A DNA stretch of 64,000 bases from Candidatus Uhrbacteria bacterium (GCA_016206155.1 JACQSC010000010.1:8073-72072), one strand, 5' to 3'. Numbered from the stretch's first letter, positions 1 through 9,723 are shown. The notes: generated by a model not told the origin, from the letters alone. Numbers and translations: made by a program.

Positions 1-1105
1 CTTCGCGGATACCGATACATTCAAGACGTCCCGGCATTCCCGTCCACGATGACAACGCGCGATCCATGGCGGGAACATCTGCGCCAACCATCATGCCAGT
101 GGTTAATGCCGCAAGGGCATTGTCTTGATTGTGCAGCCCCTGAAGCGATAGATTCGACATGTCATACACCGCAAGGCGCGATACGCCATCGTGCCACACA
201 GCAGTCTGCGTATGTGATGCCCGACTCCGTTCGATAGAACATCCGCGTTCGATCGTGGCGCCAGTGCGAGAATACCAATATAGCCGCTCAGAAGCAATGC
301 CTGCTGATAACAATCGATGGATAGGGTCATCGATGTTCAGCACGACCCCACCTTTATCGTCAGTAGGCTGAAATCGAAAAATATTTTTCTTTGCCTCAAT
401 ATACGCATCCATCGATGCGTAACGGTTAAGATGGTCTGGTTTGATGGTCGTCATCACTGCATACTGCGGACTTACTGCGTGAGCGCCAAGTACCTCGAGC
501 TGCCAACTGGAGAGTTCAAGAACAACGGGATCGGTACACCCATTTTGACGATCCTCAAGAACACGGTCAAGAATTGAAAAAAATGAAATGGCTCCTGACG
601 AGGTAGCGATACCACCGACAACCACCCGCGGAAATGTCTGCTTTAGCAGCACTCCAAGGAGCGACACCGTCGTCGTTTTTCCACGGGTACCCGTTACACC
701 GATCGTATTCACTCTCTGTGCAAGCGCAAAAAAAATGCTTGCATCATTATGGATCGGCACGGCGTGCGCGCGTGCCAGAGAAAGAAATGGGGAATCCCGC
801 GGAACGCCTGCGTTTTGAATAATGCAATCGGCGCGCAAGATGTCTTCATCCCGATGGCGCCCGAGAATATATTCAATCGATGCGCAGTGTTTCCCGGGAT
901 GAGCGAGACGATATTCGTTGCATAGTGTTGTCAAACGGACGAGAGATGGCTCGAGCTCTGCTCGACTCTTTATATCGGATACGATAACTTCCGCGCCCTG
1001 TCGGAAAAACCAGTAAGCGGCCGCCACTCCTCCGCCATGGAGGCCAAGTCCAAGGATAAGAATTTTTTTGCCGTAAAAATCGTGAGGAGAAGTGATAGGG
1101 TTCAT
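1..1105 (-). CDS. murD: UDP-N-acetylmuramoyl-L-alanine--D-glutamate ligase (3' end beyond window)
   Basis: Hand translation from ATG at 1105: MNPITSPHDFYGKKILILGLGLHGGGVAAA..., P-loop GVTGTRGKTTT, VLELSSWQL, PDHLNRY, GLHNQDNALAA, GMPGRLE; follows mraY. Missing from the ORF track because it runs off the edge. Confidence 0.93.
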   Translation of the reverse strand, partial: MNPITSPHDFYGKKILILGLGLHGGGVAAAYWFFRQGAEVIVSDIKSRAELEPSLVRLTTLCNEYRLAHPGKHCASIEYILGRHRDEDILRADCIIQNAGVPRDSPFLSLARAHAVPIHNDASIFFALAQRVNTIGVTGTRGKTTTVSLLGVLLKQTFPRVVVGGIATSSGAISFFSILDRVLEDRQNGCTDPVVLELSSWQLEVLGAHAVSPQYAVMTTIKPDHLNRYASMDAYIEAKKNIFRFQPTDDKGGVVLNIDDPIHRLLSAGIASERLYWYSRTGATIERGCSIERSRASHTQTAVWHDGVSRLAVYDMSNLSLQGLHNQDNALAALTTGMMVGADVPAMDRALSSWTGMPGRLECIGIRE

Positions 1106-1177
1106 AGTTTATAGTTTGTAGTTTGTAGTTCATGGTTCGTAGTTATTTTTTCTACAAACTCATTAACTACGAACTAA
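1101..1177. repeat. Inverted pair of 7-bp tandem arrays (TAGTTTG-like / ACTACGA-like) at the mraY-murD junction
   Basis: catagtt tatagtt tgtagtt tgtagtt catggtt cgtagtt, a T-rich spacer, then ctacaaac tcattaac tacgaacta; overlaps the murD start and the mraY stop. Confidence 0.8.
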
Positions 1178-2226
1178 TACAGCCCCCTCTCTACCAGCAC
1201 AATACTGACTCCCACGACCGCCGTCACACCCGCGATAACCCAAAATCGCATGACAATCGTTGGCTCTTGCCAGCCCCGTGCCTCCAAGTGGTGATGAAAT
1301 GGCGTAGAAAGAAAGAGCTTGCGCCCAAAAAGTTTTCGTGAGCACTTTTGGATAATAACCGACCCCGTTTCCAGCAGGTACAGAAAACAGATCACGGGCA
1401 ATAACAGCGCGCTGTTGGTCAGCATTGCAACAATGCCAAGCGTTACCCCCAGCGACATGGATCCCGTATCACCCATAAAAAACTTTGCCGGGTAAATGTT
1501 GAACCAAAGAAAAGCAAGAAGCGCCCCGATAATCACTGCGCAGAATGTTGCGAGATCATACTTCCCTTGAGTGAAGGCAATCGCGCCAAACGATGCGAAT
1601 GCCGCAAGCAGCGTTCCGCCGGCAAGGCCGTCGAGACCATCGGCTTCATTGACGGAAAAAGCCGTTGCCACAATAACAATAATAAAAAAAGGAATATACC
1701 AAATACCGATCGTATAGTCTCCCAAGAAAGGCACGTGAAGCGTATCCCAGCCGAGTTTAAAATAAAACCACCACGCGCCAACGCACGCAATCAATGTATA
1801 CAAAAGGAAGCGATGGCGCATGCGCAACCCACTAAATGAACCGAGCCCCTTAATATTCAAAAGATCGTCAACAACCCCAACCAGCGCCGATGCGACGAGC
1901 GCGCCGAGGGGCAAAAGCACCTGAGACCGGCTGAGAAAATTCAATTGTTGAATGAGCGTATCTTCAAAGAGAAGTGCAAGATAGGCAAAAAACAATGCAA
2001 ATAATAGCGGCGTAATCCAAATGAGCACCCCTCCCATAGTTGGCGTTCCCTCTTTGCCTTTATGCAGCGCGGCATAAATCGGGGCAGCGGCATGATCGCG
2101 AATCCTTTTCACCAACTTATAACGAACAAGCAATCGATGTACAACGGGTGTCCACATCCACGCCCAGAGAAATGAAAGGATCGAAAGAAAGGTGATCTTG
2201 AAGATAATTATGTTGAGTGTCACCAC
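1174..2226 (-). CDS. mraY: Phospho-N-acetylmuramoyl-pentapeptide transferase
   Basis: KEGTPTMGG, GVVDD, VNEADGLDGLA, FNIYPAKFFMGDTGS, PFHHHLE motifs; multi-TM. Confidence 0.96.
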   Translation of the reverse strand: MVTLNIIIFKITFLSILSFLWAWMWTPVVHRLLVRYKLVKRIRDHAAAPIYAALHKGKEGTPTMGGVLIWITPLLFALFFAYLALLFEDTLIQQLNFLSRSQVLLPLGALVASALVGVVDDLLNIKGLGSFSGLRMRHRFLLYTLIACVGAWWFYFKLGWDTLHVPFLGDYTIGIWYIPFFIIVIVATAFSVNEADGLDGLAGGTLLAAFASFGAIAFTQGKYDLATFCAVIIGALLAFLWFNIYPAKFFMGDTGSMSLGVTLGIVAMLTNSALLLPVICFLYLLETGSVIIQKCSRKLFGRKLFLSTPFHHHLEARGWQEPTIVMRFWVIAGVTAVVGVSIVLVERGLY

Positions 2227-2237
2227 AGACCACGGAC

Positions 2238-2621
2238 CTATTGATTAATGCGATAGAGAAGAGTGAGGCTCATATAAAGAACCGCTGACGTTATCAGCGC
2301 GGCACAGGAAAGCGCGCGTGCGAGGGGTTTATGCGCGTGAATCATCCCGCGCGCAAGAGCGGTGTTGCATACAACGATAAATACGGCAAGCGCAGGAATA
2401 AGAAAAATTGACTCCCAGCGCGCGATGAAATCGGTCCCCACAATCATCTTATAATGCAGGGTGATATATTCCGTGTCGCTCGGGCGAAACGTGTCGAGAT
2501 TGATAATAAGAAAGAGCCACGAAAGAATAGACAGCCCTCCCGCCCCTGCGATAAAAAGAAAAAATGGGCGATCGCGGAAGAAAAATTTTGTATACAGTGC
2601 ATCGAGTGATGGATGAAGCAT
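2238..2621 (-). CDS. Small membrane protein of unknown function (about 3 TM)
   Basis: 127 aa ORF with three hydrophobic segments and an ITLHY..VGTD motif; co-oriented with mraY, 11 bp upstream. Confidence 0.75.
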   Translation of the reverse strand: MLHPSLDALYTKFFFRDRPFFLFIAGAGGLSILSWLFLIINLDTFRPSDTEYITLHYKMIVGTDFIARWESIFLIPALAVFIVVCNTALARGMIHAHKPLARALSCAALITSAVLYMSLTLLYRINQ

Positions 2622-2714
2622 AGATAAACAACAGTGTATCTCAATTACCCAAAACTTGCAATTTTTTTTCAGTCCCCTATACTATTCACTAAACATAAAC
2701 CCTAAACTCATTGT

Positions 2715-3026
2715 ATGGCACATAAGAAAGCTGGCGGCTCTACCTCTTGGGGCCGCGATTCCCATGGAAAACGCCTCGGAGTCAAACTTCCCGAAGGAGC
2801 ATTTGCCAATACTGGATCGATCATTATTCGACAACGTGGAACGAAATACGCCCCGGGAAAGAATGTACGGCGCGGCGGCGATGATACGCTCTATGCGGCT
2901 GGCAAGGGATTTGTCCATTTTACTCGCCGAGCATTACGCCGCTTTGACGGTACATTGAAGGCAAAAACCGTCGTCAATGTGCTTGAGGAAAAGTTAAAAG
3001 GTGGCGGCGTAAAAGCGCTTGCCTGA
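2715..3026 (+). CDS. rpmA: 50S ribosomal protein L27
   Basis: [48 protein letters not shown]. Confidence 0.97.
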   Translation: MAHKKAGGSTSWGRDSHGKRLGVKLPEGAFANTGSIIIRQRGTKYAPGKNVRRGGDDTLYAAGKGFVHFTRRALRRFDGTLKAKTVVNVLEEKLKGGGVKALA

Positions 3027-3028
3027 CC

Positions 3029-3065
3029 AATAAAAACATCCGCATGATAGCGGATGTTTTTTGTT
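3029..3065. terminator. Bidirectional intrinsic terminator
   Basis: AAAAACATCCGC-atgata-GCGGATGTTTTT hairpin between convergent rpmA and the S41 peptidase. Confidence 0.85.
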
Positions 3066-4341
3066 ACTTCTTTAACTCATCAAATGCACGCTGCAGCTGA
3101 GGATCTCTTTTTTCTTTCAAGTCATCCTCGGTAATCTCTACAACGACATCTGGGGCAATACCATTGTCCTGGATTGTGCGCCCCTTAGGTGTCAGCCACT
3201 TTGCAATCGTCAGCTTTAACGCAGAACCGTCTTGTAAATTTTGAAAGTCCTGAACCGATCCCTTCCCAAAAGTCTGTTCACCAATAATTTTCGCCTTACC
3301 ATAATCTTGCAGTGCGCCTGCAACGATTTCTGATGCCGACGCGCTCCCCCCATTCACCAGCACGACTGTTGGAATGTTCTGGAGTCGAGGACGCGCCCTT
3401 CCTTTATACTCCTCACTTTTATTTCCGTCATATTGTTCGATAACGATTGTTTGCCCATCAACCCAGTATCCCCCAATCTCAACGGCAGCGTCCAAATATC
3501 CTCCGGGGTTATTGCGAAGATCAAGAATCAGCGAATGAATATTCTTCGAAAGAAGATCGTTGACGGCTTTGCGAAAATCAGGAGCCGTATCTTGCGAAAA
3601 ACTCACCAGACGAATATAGCCGACGGAGTCCTCCTTCACTTCCCACCGCACTGATTTGATGACAATTTTATCCCGTGTAATCATAACGTCGCGCTCTTTT
3701 TGTTCCCCGTCCCGATAAATGGTAATGGTCACGCTCGTGCCCCGCTTGCCGCGAATCTTTGTAACCGCCTCATCAATCGTCATGTTTGTCGTTGATTTCT
3801 TGTCGATGGCAAGAATCTTGTCCCCGCCCCGGAGTCCCGCTTTCTCCGCCGGCATATCGGGGAGCGGTGCAATAACGACAAGCTGATTTTTTTTCATACC
3901 GATCTCGGCGCCAATGCCATCAAAGCTCCCCGTAAGGCTCTCGTTAAATTCTTTTGCCGACTTGGGATCGAAAAAAACCGAATAAGGATCATTGAGCGCT
4001 GAAACGACTCCGGCAACTGCGCCGTAAAACAATTTCGTATCCGGGGTATCTTTCGTAATGTAATCGCCCTTGACCCGCTTCCATACATCCCAAAAAAGAT
4101 CAAAGTCAACATCCTTAGAAAGATAATCCGGAAGCGGTTTTTGTGCGTCAAGCACGCGTCCACCGGAAGCCGCCTGCGCGGTCGACCCCGAAGAAAAGGG
4201 CAATGTTACCTCTTTCCTTCCATAGAGATACCCGCCATAAAAGCTTCCTCCTATTACGGCGATTGCTACGTAAAAAAGAAAGTACTTACGCAGAATGTAC
4301 GCGGGCGTTATATGTTTTTTTTGAATCTGTGTCTCGTCCAT
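3064..4341 (-). CDS. S41 family carboxyl-terminal processing protease (PDZ + peptidase)
   Basis: N-terminal TM; GIGAEI PDZ; LILDLRNNPGG, SASASEIVAGALQD, TFGKGSVQ, GIAPD motifs. Confidence 0.95.
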   Translation of the reverse strand: MDETQIQKKHITPAYILRKYFLFYVAIAVIGGSFYGGYLYGRKEVTLPFSSGSTAQAASGGRVLDAQKPLPDYLSKDVDFDLFWDVWKRVKGDYITKDTPDTKLFYGAVAGVVSALNDPYSVFFDPKSAKEFNESLTGSFDGIGAEIGMKKNQLVVIAPLPDMPAEKAGLRGGDKILAIDKKSTTNMTIDEAVTKIRGKRGTSVTITIYRDGEQKERDVMITRDKIVIKSVRWEVKEDSVGYIRLVSFSQDTAPDFRKAVNDLLSKNIHSLILDLRNNPGGYLDAAVEIGGYWVDGQTIVIEQYDGNKSEEYKGRARPRLQNIPTVVLVNGGSASASEIVAGALQDYGKAKIIGEQTFGKGSVQDFQNLQDGSALKLTIAKWLTPKGRTIQDNGIAPDVVVEITEDDLKEKRDPQLQRAFDELKK

Positions 4342-4353
4342 AGTTTTTTAGCA

Positions 4354-5607
4354 TTACGCCTCTCTTCGAATGTCTGCGCCCAGCGCGCGAAGGCGTATGT
4401 CGATATCTTCATAGCCACGATCAATGATCTGCGCGTCGTGAATGACCGTTTGGCCTGAAGCGACCAACGCTGCGACGACAAGAGTAATGCCGGCGCGCAA
4501 ATTAAGGCTTTGTATCTCATGGCCATGAAGTGGCGTGGGACCGGTAATCAATGCCCGATGAGGATCGCACACCGTCGCATCCGCCCCCATATTCACCAGC
4601 TCCTGAATATAAGCAAACCGCCCGTCAAAAATAGTCTCATGGATCAATGTCGTTCCTTGCGCTTGGGTTGCAAGAACGCCAAATTGCGACTGAACATCGG
4701 TAGGAATACCGGGATAGGGACGTGTCTGTATCTTCATCGCCTTGAGTACACCGGTTGATTTCAGTGTAATAGAGTCCTTGTGTATGTCAAATCGAGCGCC
4801 GGCCGCCAGCAATGTCTCAAGTCCAACATCGAGATGATCGGGCCGAATACCGTCGACGACAATCGTGCTCTTTGTTGCAAGGCCCATGATTACGAACGTC
4901 ATCGCGTTGACGGGATCGGGAATGACGGTATGAGTTGTTCCGTGGAGTTTTTTTACTCCTTGAATGGTTATGGTGTTTGTCCCGCCGCCGCTGATTTTTG
5001 CGCCCATGCTGTTCAAAAAGTCACAGAGGTCCTGCACGTGCGGCTCGCATGCTGCATTCTTGAGAACCGTCGTACCCACCGTCAGAGTGGCTGTCATCAC
5101 AATATTTTCTGTCGCGGTAACCGATGGGGCAATGAGTACGATTGTCTTTGCTTCCAGACCACGATGCGAGAGTGTGTACATACCGCGCGAACGGGCAATC
5201 GTAACGCCCATGCGGCGAAACCCATGGAAATGATCGTCTAGAGGGCGGTTCCCCAGCGCGCACCCCCCCGGTTCTGAAATACGTACAGTACGAAACTGCG
5301 TAAGAAGCGGACCCGCAAAAAGCGCGGAGGCGCGAAAACTTCTCATCAGTTTTGGGTCGAGTTTCTTGAGTGAAGGTTTTCCATCCGATACGATGATCGT
5401 ATGTTCGCCATCCCAGCGCACCGTGCGACCAACGCTCAGCATGAGCTGCATCATAACCTCCACATCGCGGATGCGGGGGACGTTGTGAATGACGCATCGC
5501 CGGTCAGCAAGAAGTGTGGCGGCCAATATCGGCAACACGGCATTCTTTGATCCGGAAACATGAATAGTTCCGTGGAGTTTTTTTCCTCCATTGATGATAA
5601 ATTTCAT
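4354..5607 (-). CDS. murA: UDP-N-acetylglucosamine 1-carboxyvinyltransferase
   Basis: SGSKNAVLPILAA, PGGCALGNRP (catalytic Cys), SVTATEN, PYPGIPTD, IDRGYE. Confidence 0.96.
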   Translation of the reverse strand: MKFIINGGKKLHGTIHVSGSKNAVLPILAATLLADRRCVIHNVPRIRDVEVMMQLMLSVGRTVRWDGEHTIIVSDGKPSLKKLDPKLMRSFRASALFAGPLLTQFRTVRISEPGGCALGNRPLDDHFHGFRRMGVTIARSRGMYTLSHRGLEAKTIVLIAPSVTATENIVMTATLTVGTTVLKNAACEPHVQDLCDFLNSMGAKISGGGTNTITIQGVKKLHGTTHTVIPDPVNAMTFVIMGLATKSTIVVDGIRPDHLDVGLETLLAAGARFDIHKDSITLKSTGVLKAMKIQTRPYPGIPTDVQSQFGVLATQAQGTTLIHETIFDGRFAYIQELVNMGADATVCDPHRALITGPTPLHGHEIQSLNLRAGITLVVAALVASGQTVIHDAQIIDRGYEDIDIRLRALGADIRREA

Positions 5608-5636
5608 ACCCTACGAATACAAATTTCTACGAATAT

Positions 5637-5760
5637 TACGACTTACGCAGTTGAGTACAGTTCTAGGAGCGACTGAGGAGCGGAATAAGCTGTACTTTGA
5701 TGGTACAGTGTTGAGCGCCGGAAGTCGCGACAACGAAATGTGCCAACTGCGTAAGTCGTG
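5637..5760. mobile_element. MITE-like palindromic element (about 124 bp)
   Basis: Perfect 16-bp terminal inverted repeat ACGACTTACGCAGTTG (5638-5653) / CAACTGCGTAAGTCGT (5744-5759); GAATAT direct repeat on both flanks (5631-5636, 5761-5766). Confidence 0.75.
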
Positions 5761-5794
5761 GAATATACGAAGCATGTCTGCCATACTGTCCACA

Positions 5795-6655
5795 TTATTC
5801 TAGGATGGCATTAATAAGCTCCTCAAGCTCCTCGGGCGAGTAGTAATAGATGACAATTGACCCACCGGCACCATTACGCTTAATCTTAACCTTCGTGCCG
5901 AGCTTCTGACGCAATGCATCTTCTTGGGCGAGATGATGGGGATCCCCGCGCCGCTTGCGTCCGCTTGCGCCGCGCGCTACGGTCACCTGATGCTCGATAT
6001 CATCCTTCTTAACATTCCCCTCAAGAACCTGATAAAAAAATTCCAGCTGCTTGTCTTCCCCGGGAAGACCAAGAATCGCGCGAGCAACCGAAAAATGAAT
6101 CATCCCCTCACGAAGCGCGTCTTGAATAACAGCGGGAAGGTTTAAAAGACGAATCATGTTGGAAATGACCGGACGGCTTTTCCCGACGCGCCGCCCGATC
6201 TCATCGTGGCTCAAATTAAATTCCTCGTGCAGCCGCTTAAAAGCGATCCCTAATTCAATAGGATTGAGGTCGACGCGCTGAACGTTTTCAATAAGCGCAA
6301 CAGCAAGCCTTTCGTGGTCACCCGCTTCGCGGAGAACAACTGGCACTTTTTTGAGTCCCGCCATCTTTGAGGCGCGCAAACGCCGCTCACCGGCGATAAG
6401 CTGGTACCCATCCTTGCTCCGCGAGACAACAAGCGGTTGAATAACCCCATATTCGCGAATCGAATGGGCAAGCTCGGAGAGCTGTTCTTCGTTAAACTCA
6501 TGCCGCGGCTGATATTCGTTTGTTTGAATGACCTCTATCGGCAATTCGACAATAGCCTCGTCCGACGACGGAGGTCTTGTCTGAGATGGAGCGGCGTTTG
6601 CATTTTTGCGAGAGAGGAGCGCATCCAACCCTCGACCAAGCGAAGTCTTTTGCAT
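5795..6655 (-). CDS. parB: ParB/Spo0J partition protein
   Basis: LGRGLDALL, YQPR..F, GVIQPLVV, IAGERRLRAS, ALIENVQRVDLNPIE, HTH. Confidence 0.96.
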   Translation of the reverse strand: MQKTSLGRGLDALLSRKNANAAPSQTRPPSSDEAIVELPIEVIQTNEYQPRHEFNEEQLSELAHSIREYGVIQPLVVSRSKDGYQLIAGERRLRASKMAGLKKVPVVLREAGDHERLAVALIENVQRVDLNPIELGIAFKRLHEEFNLSHDEIGRRVGKSRPVISNMIRLLNLPAVIQDALREGMIHFSVARAILGLPGEDKQLEFFYQVLEGNVKKDDIEHQVTVARGASGRKRRGDPHHLAQEDALRQKLGTKVKIKRNGAGGSIVIYYYSPEELEELINAILE

Positions 6656-6741
6656 ACCTGCACTGTTACATTGTTAAATGATTATATTGTTGTTTTAATT
6701 TCACCGAGTATGCTCTCATAACAATTGAACCATTTAGCAAT

Positions 6742-7521
6742 TTAACAATTTCGGCTGTCTCCCAGATACTCAAGGACCTCTTTTGCAAACCGTTCGTAGG
6801 CCTTTGCTCCGCGGCTCGACGCATCATAGTCGCCGATTGTTTTCCCGTGGCTTGGCGCTTCGGCAAGGCGCACGTTTCGAGGGATAACGGTGCGAAAAAT
6901 CTTTTCCGGAAAATGCCGATAGAGCTCCATGAGAACGCTTTCCGATAATTTGTAACGGCGATCATACATCGTGAGCACAACTCCCAAGATTGAAAGTTCT
7001 GGTTTGAGATTTTCTTTCACAAGCTGGACTGTTTCAAGCAACTGACCGATGCCTTCAAGCGCAAAATACTCTGCCTGCACCGGCACAAGCACATAATCTG
7101 ACGCAACGAGCGCGTTCAGCGTCAGCAGGCCAAGTGACGGCGGACAGTCAATGATGATATAGTCGTACAGCGAAACGAATCCTGAAAGGGCTTCTTTTAG
7201 CTGAAACTCTCGATCCTCGACAGACACCAGTTCGATACTTGCGCCAGCGAGCGCCATGCTCGCAGGAAGGATACGAAACGCATGGGGCGAAACCTCATGA
7301 ATTGCCTCGTGGGGATTTGAAATTCCGGAGAGTACCTCGTACACTCCTCGCTCAATCTCGCTTGGAACCAATCCACACCCTGAGGTTGCGTTTGCCTGCG
7401 GATCAAGATCAACCAAAAGGCATGATTTGCCGCCCTGGGCAATATATGCCGCAAGGTTCATGGCCGTCGTTGTCTTTCCAACGCCCCCCTTTTGGTTTAC
7501 GATTGCAATAACCTTTCCCAT
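6742..7521 (-). CDS. parA: ParA/Soj ATPase
   Basis: NQKGGVGKTTT, DLDPQANAT, IDCPPSLG, IPRNVRLAEAPSHG. Confidence 0.96.
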   Translation of the reverse strand: MGKVIAIVNQKGGVGKTTTAMNLAAYIAQGGKSCLLVDLDPQANATSGCGLVPSEIERGVYEVLSGISNPHEAIHEVSPHAFRILPASMALAGASIELVSVEDREFQLKEALSGFVSLYDYIIIDCPPSLGLLTLNALVASDYVLVPVQAEYFALEGIGQLLETVQLVKENLKPELSILGVVLTMYDRRYKLSESVLMELYRHFPEKIFRTVIPRNVRLAEAPSHGKTIGDYDASSRGAKAYERFAKEVLEYLGDSRNC

Positions 7522-7529
7522 ATTCGTAA

Positions 7530-7610
7530 GAGGTCGGATCTCCCCCTATCTCCGGCAGTGCTGCGCTCGTTATAACTTCCGCGCATGGTTACTTCAGGGG
7601 GTCCGACCTC
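7530..7610. repeat. REP-like inverted repeat pair
   Basis: GAGGTCGGATCTCCCC (7530-7545) and GGGGGTCCGACCTC (7597-7610) are imperfect reverse complements in the murB-parA spacer. Confidence 0.55.
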
Positions 7611-7640
7611 ATCAATGATGTGAGTAGTATATCAACTTCG

Positions 7641-8717
7641 TCAATGAGAGGCAAGGTCAAATCCAATATACTGAGCTTCGGGTTCGAGACGCACGCCAAA
7701 TTTGCGGAGCGCGCGCTGTTGAATTTTTTCCGCAAGAGCAACGATATCGCTCGCCCGCGCGCCCCCGTAGTTAATAATGGCAAGGGCGTGCTTTGGAGAA
7801 ATGCCAACACTCCCCTCGCGATACCCTTTATGAAATCCGGACGCTTCCAAAAGACATGCCGCGGCAACTTTCACCTGCCCATCATTTTGAATCCAGAACC
7901 ATGGCGGCGCGCACACCCCGTCAGGATGGTCCATAAGCGCCTTCTCTATATAGGTGAATTGCTCCGGGGCGACAACGGGATTCTTGAAAAATGATCCCGC
8001 TGACTTATGCGCCTCATAGCCTTGAAGGATTACCATGCCCTTTCCCGCGCGAATTTCTAGGATAGCTTTCCGTATATCAACGATCGGCGCCTCAGCCTGA
8101 TCGCCAAATCGCGCCTGAAGATCGTGATATCTCAAAACAGCGCCGAGCAAAGATCTCTTAAGACGAAATGTCACGTTTGTTATAATCAACGACGCGCCAC
8201 TGGAATGCTTGAACATGCTATCGCGGTAGGAAAATTCACACGCGTGTCCGGGTAGCGTACGTATCTTGTTGTCGTTGCGATCAAATACCTCAAGGCGATC
8301 CACGAACGGACCAACACTCACACCGTACGCGCCGATATTTTGCACCGGCGCAGCGCCAACGCTCCCCGGAATTCCCGAAAGGCATTCAAGGCCGCTCAAC
8401 CCTTGCGCCACGCAATAGCCAACCAATCCATCCCACGACTCTCCGGCGCCGGCCCGAACAAGGATATCGTCTCCGTCGAAATATGTTTCGATCCCCTTCA
8501 TCTCCATTTTTATCACAAGGCCGGGAAATCCACTGTCGCTGACAACCACATTGCTCCCTCCGACGAGAATAAAGATCGGAACACCTTTTTCTTTAGCAAA
8601 ACCAACTGCTTCAAGCAGTTCGTTCTGATCTGTTACTGAAACAAAAAAACGCGCCGGCCCGCCGACATCCAGTGTGGTGAGTGGCGCAAGTGGCACATTT
8701 TCGCGAATGTCAATCAT
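7641..8717 (-). CDS. murB: UDP-N-acetylenolpyruvoylglucosamine reductase
   Basis: Start reassigned to MIDIRENVPLAPLTT (ATGA overlap with the upstream stop); GGSNVV, GIPGSVGAAPVQNIGAYG, SAGSFFKNP, HALAIIN, LEPE. Confidence 0.94.
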   Translation of the reverse strand: MIDIRENVPLAPLTTLDVGGPARFFVSVTDQNELLEAVGFAKEKGVPIFILVGGSNVVVSDSGFPGLVIKMEMKGIETYFDGDDILVRAGAGESWDGLVGYCVAQGLSGLECLSGIPGSVGAAPVQNIGAYGVSVGPFVDRLEVFDRNDNKIRTLPGHACEFSYRDSMFKHSSGASLIITNVTFRLKRSLLGAVLRYHDLQARFGDQAEAPIVDIRKAILEIRAGKGMVILQGYEAHKSAGSFFKNPVVAPEQFTYIEKALMDHPDGVCAPPWFWIQNDGQVKVAAACLLEASGFHKGYREGSVGISPKHALAIINYGGARASDIVALAEKIQQRALRKFGVRLEPEAQYIGFDLASH

Positions 8718-9133
8718 GATATGGCGGGAAAGAATAATCGCAAGGCCACAAGAAATAGAAGAAATGAAATTGCGGCCGAGAGAAGACAATAAAAACAGTA
8801 TTTTTTTATAACGAATGCCTGCAGCGAAACGAGAAAGAGGGAAAACAGCACACCAATACCTGTCACCAGCGGCAGCAACCATACGATCGTTCCGTCCAGT
8901 GAGGATGCAAAAAGAACGATGAGCATGGCGCACCCCATCCCAATATAATACAAAAGACCAAGCACTTCATTGCGCACCCCAAAAATATGCGACCACGTAC
9001 TCTCGGTTACCACAGAACAATCGTTTCCAATAGGACAGATGAGCGGCTGCTTGCGTGTGTGCTTGTATGTCAAGTATCCCGCATCTGCTATGCCAAGCAC
9101 GGACAATACAAGAAAAAGTGTTTCAAATACCAT
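8714..9133 (-). CDS. Vitamin K epoxide reductase (VKOR) family protein
   Basis: C..IGNDC..V..S..S.IFGV loop, 4 TM segments, YCFYC redox motif. Confidence 0.9.
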   Translation of the reverse strand: MVFETLFLVLSVLGIADAGYLTYKHTRKQPLICPIGNDCSVVTESTWSHIFGVRNEVLGLLYYIGMGCAMLIVLFASSLDGTIVWLLPLVTGIGVLFSLFLVSLQAFVIKKYCFYCLLSAAISFLLFLVALRLFFPAIS

Positions 9134-9158
9134 ACGGTGTCATCCTTGTTTTCCCCTG

Positions 9159-9524
9159 TCATCCAGCCGAAGTGCGGGATCGAGCCGTCATCGCCACCAT
9201 CGCAAGCGCTGCAAAAAGAATCGGCACATCGCGGAACAGTATGTCAAACGAAGAGATGTTAAAAAGAATGATGAAAAAAAGTGTCGCGGAAGAAAACGCC
9301 GCTGAATAGTACGCCGCCCGTCCCGACAAGAGCCACAGTGCAAGCCCTGTTTCATATACAGAAAAGATCATAAGCAACATATTTCGAGGAACAATGGCGT
9401 CAATCCAAGCGGGCATAAACCCAACCCATGAAAATGGATCTAAAAATGCCGCGATAGCCGCATAGAGGAATGCAACCGCAATGCCGGCACGCAGAAGAAA
9501 TGATATAAGCCGTTCGTTTTTCAT
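9159..9524 (-). CDS. DoxX-like membrane protein
   Basis: LLRAGIAVAFLYAA...DPFSWVGFMP...E..LALWLLSG...LFRDV pattern; 4 TM. Confidence 0.7.
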   Translation of the reverse strand: MKNERLISFLLRAGIAVAFLYAAIAAFLDPFSWVGFMPAWIDAIVPRNMLLMIFSVYETGLALWLLSGRAAYYSAAFSSATLFFIILFNISSFDILFRDVPILFAALAMVAMTARSRTSAG

Positions 9525-9532
9525 ACTATCAA

Positions 9533-9644
9533 TTATATAGCAGAGGTGGGACTCCCCCTCGCATCCGACTCGGGGCCGGGGTCTGCGCGCTCTCGACCCT
9601 TCTCATCCCTCACGACAGTCCCCGACTGTCGCTCTTATCAGATT
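9533..9644 (-). repeat. Degenerate duplicate of the tRNA-Met 3' half with inserted segments
   Basis: 22-bp direct repeat TTATATAGCAGAGGTGGGACTC at 9533-9554 and 9645-9666; further short tRNA-like blocks (TCGA.CC, CACGAC, CTTAT) separated by GC-rich inserts. Confidence 0.7.
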
Positions 9645-9649
9645 TTATA

Positions 9650-9723
9650 TAGCAGAGGTGGGACTCGAACCCACGACCTTGGCCTTATGAAGACCCTGCT
9701 CTAACCGGCTGAGCTACTCTGCC
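9650..9723 (-). tRNA. tRNA-Met(CAT), probably elongator (Ile2 not excluded)
   Basis: GGCAGAG-TA-GCTC..GAGC-A-GGGTC-TTCATAA-GGCCA-AGGTC-GTGGG-TTCGAGT-CCCAC-CTCTGCT-A cloverleaf. Confidence 0.93.

Noticed and set aside
8718-8933. murB N-terminal extension
   Set aside because: It overlaps the VKOR gene in another frame; the ATGA coupling at 8714-8717 gives the start.
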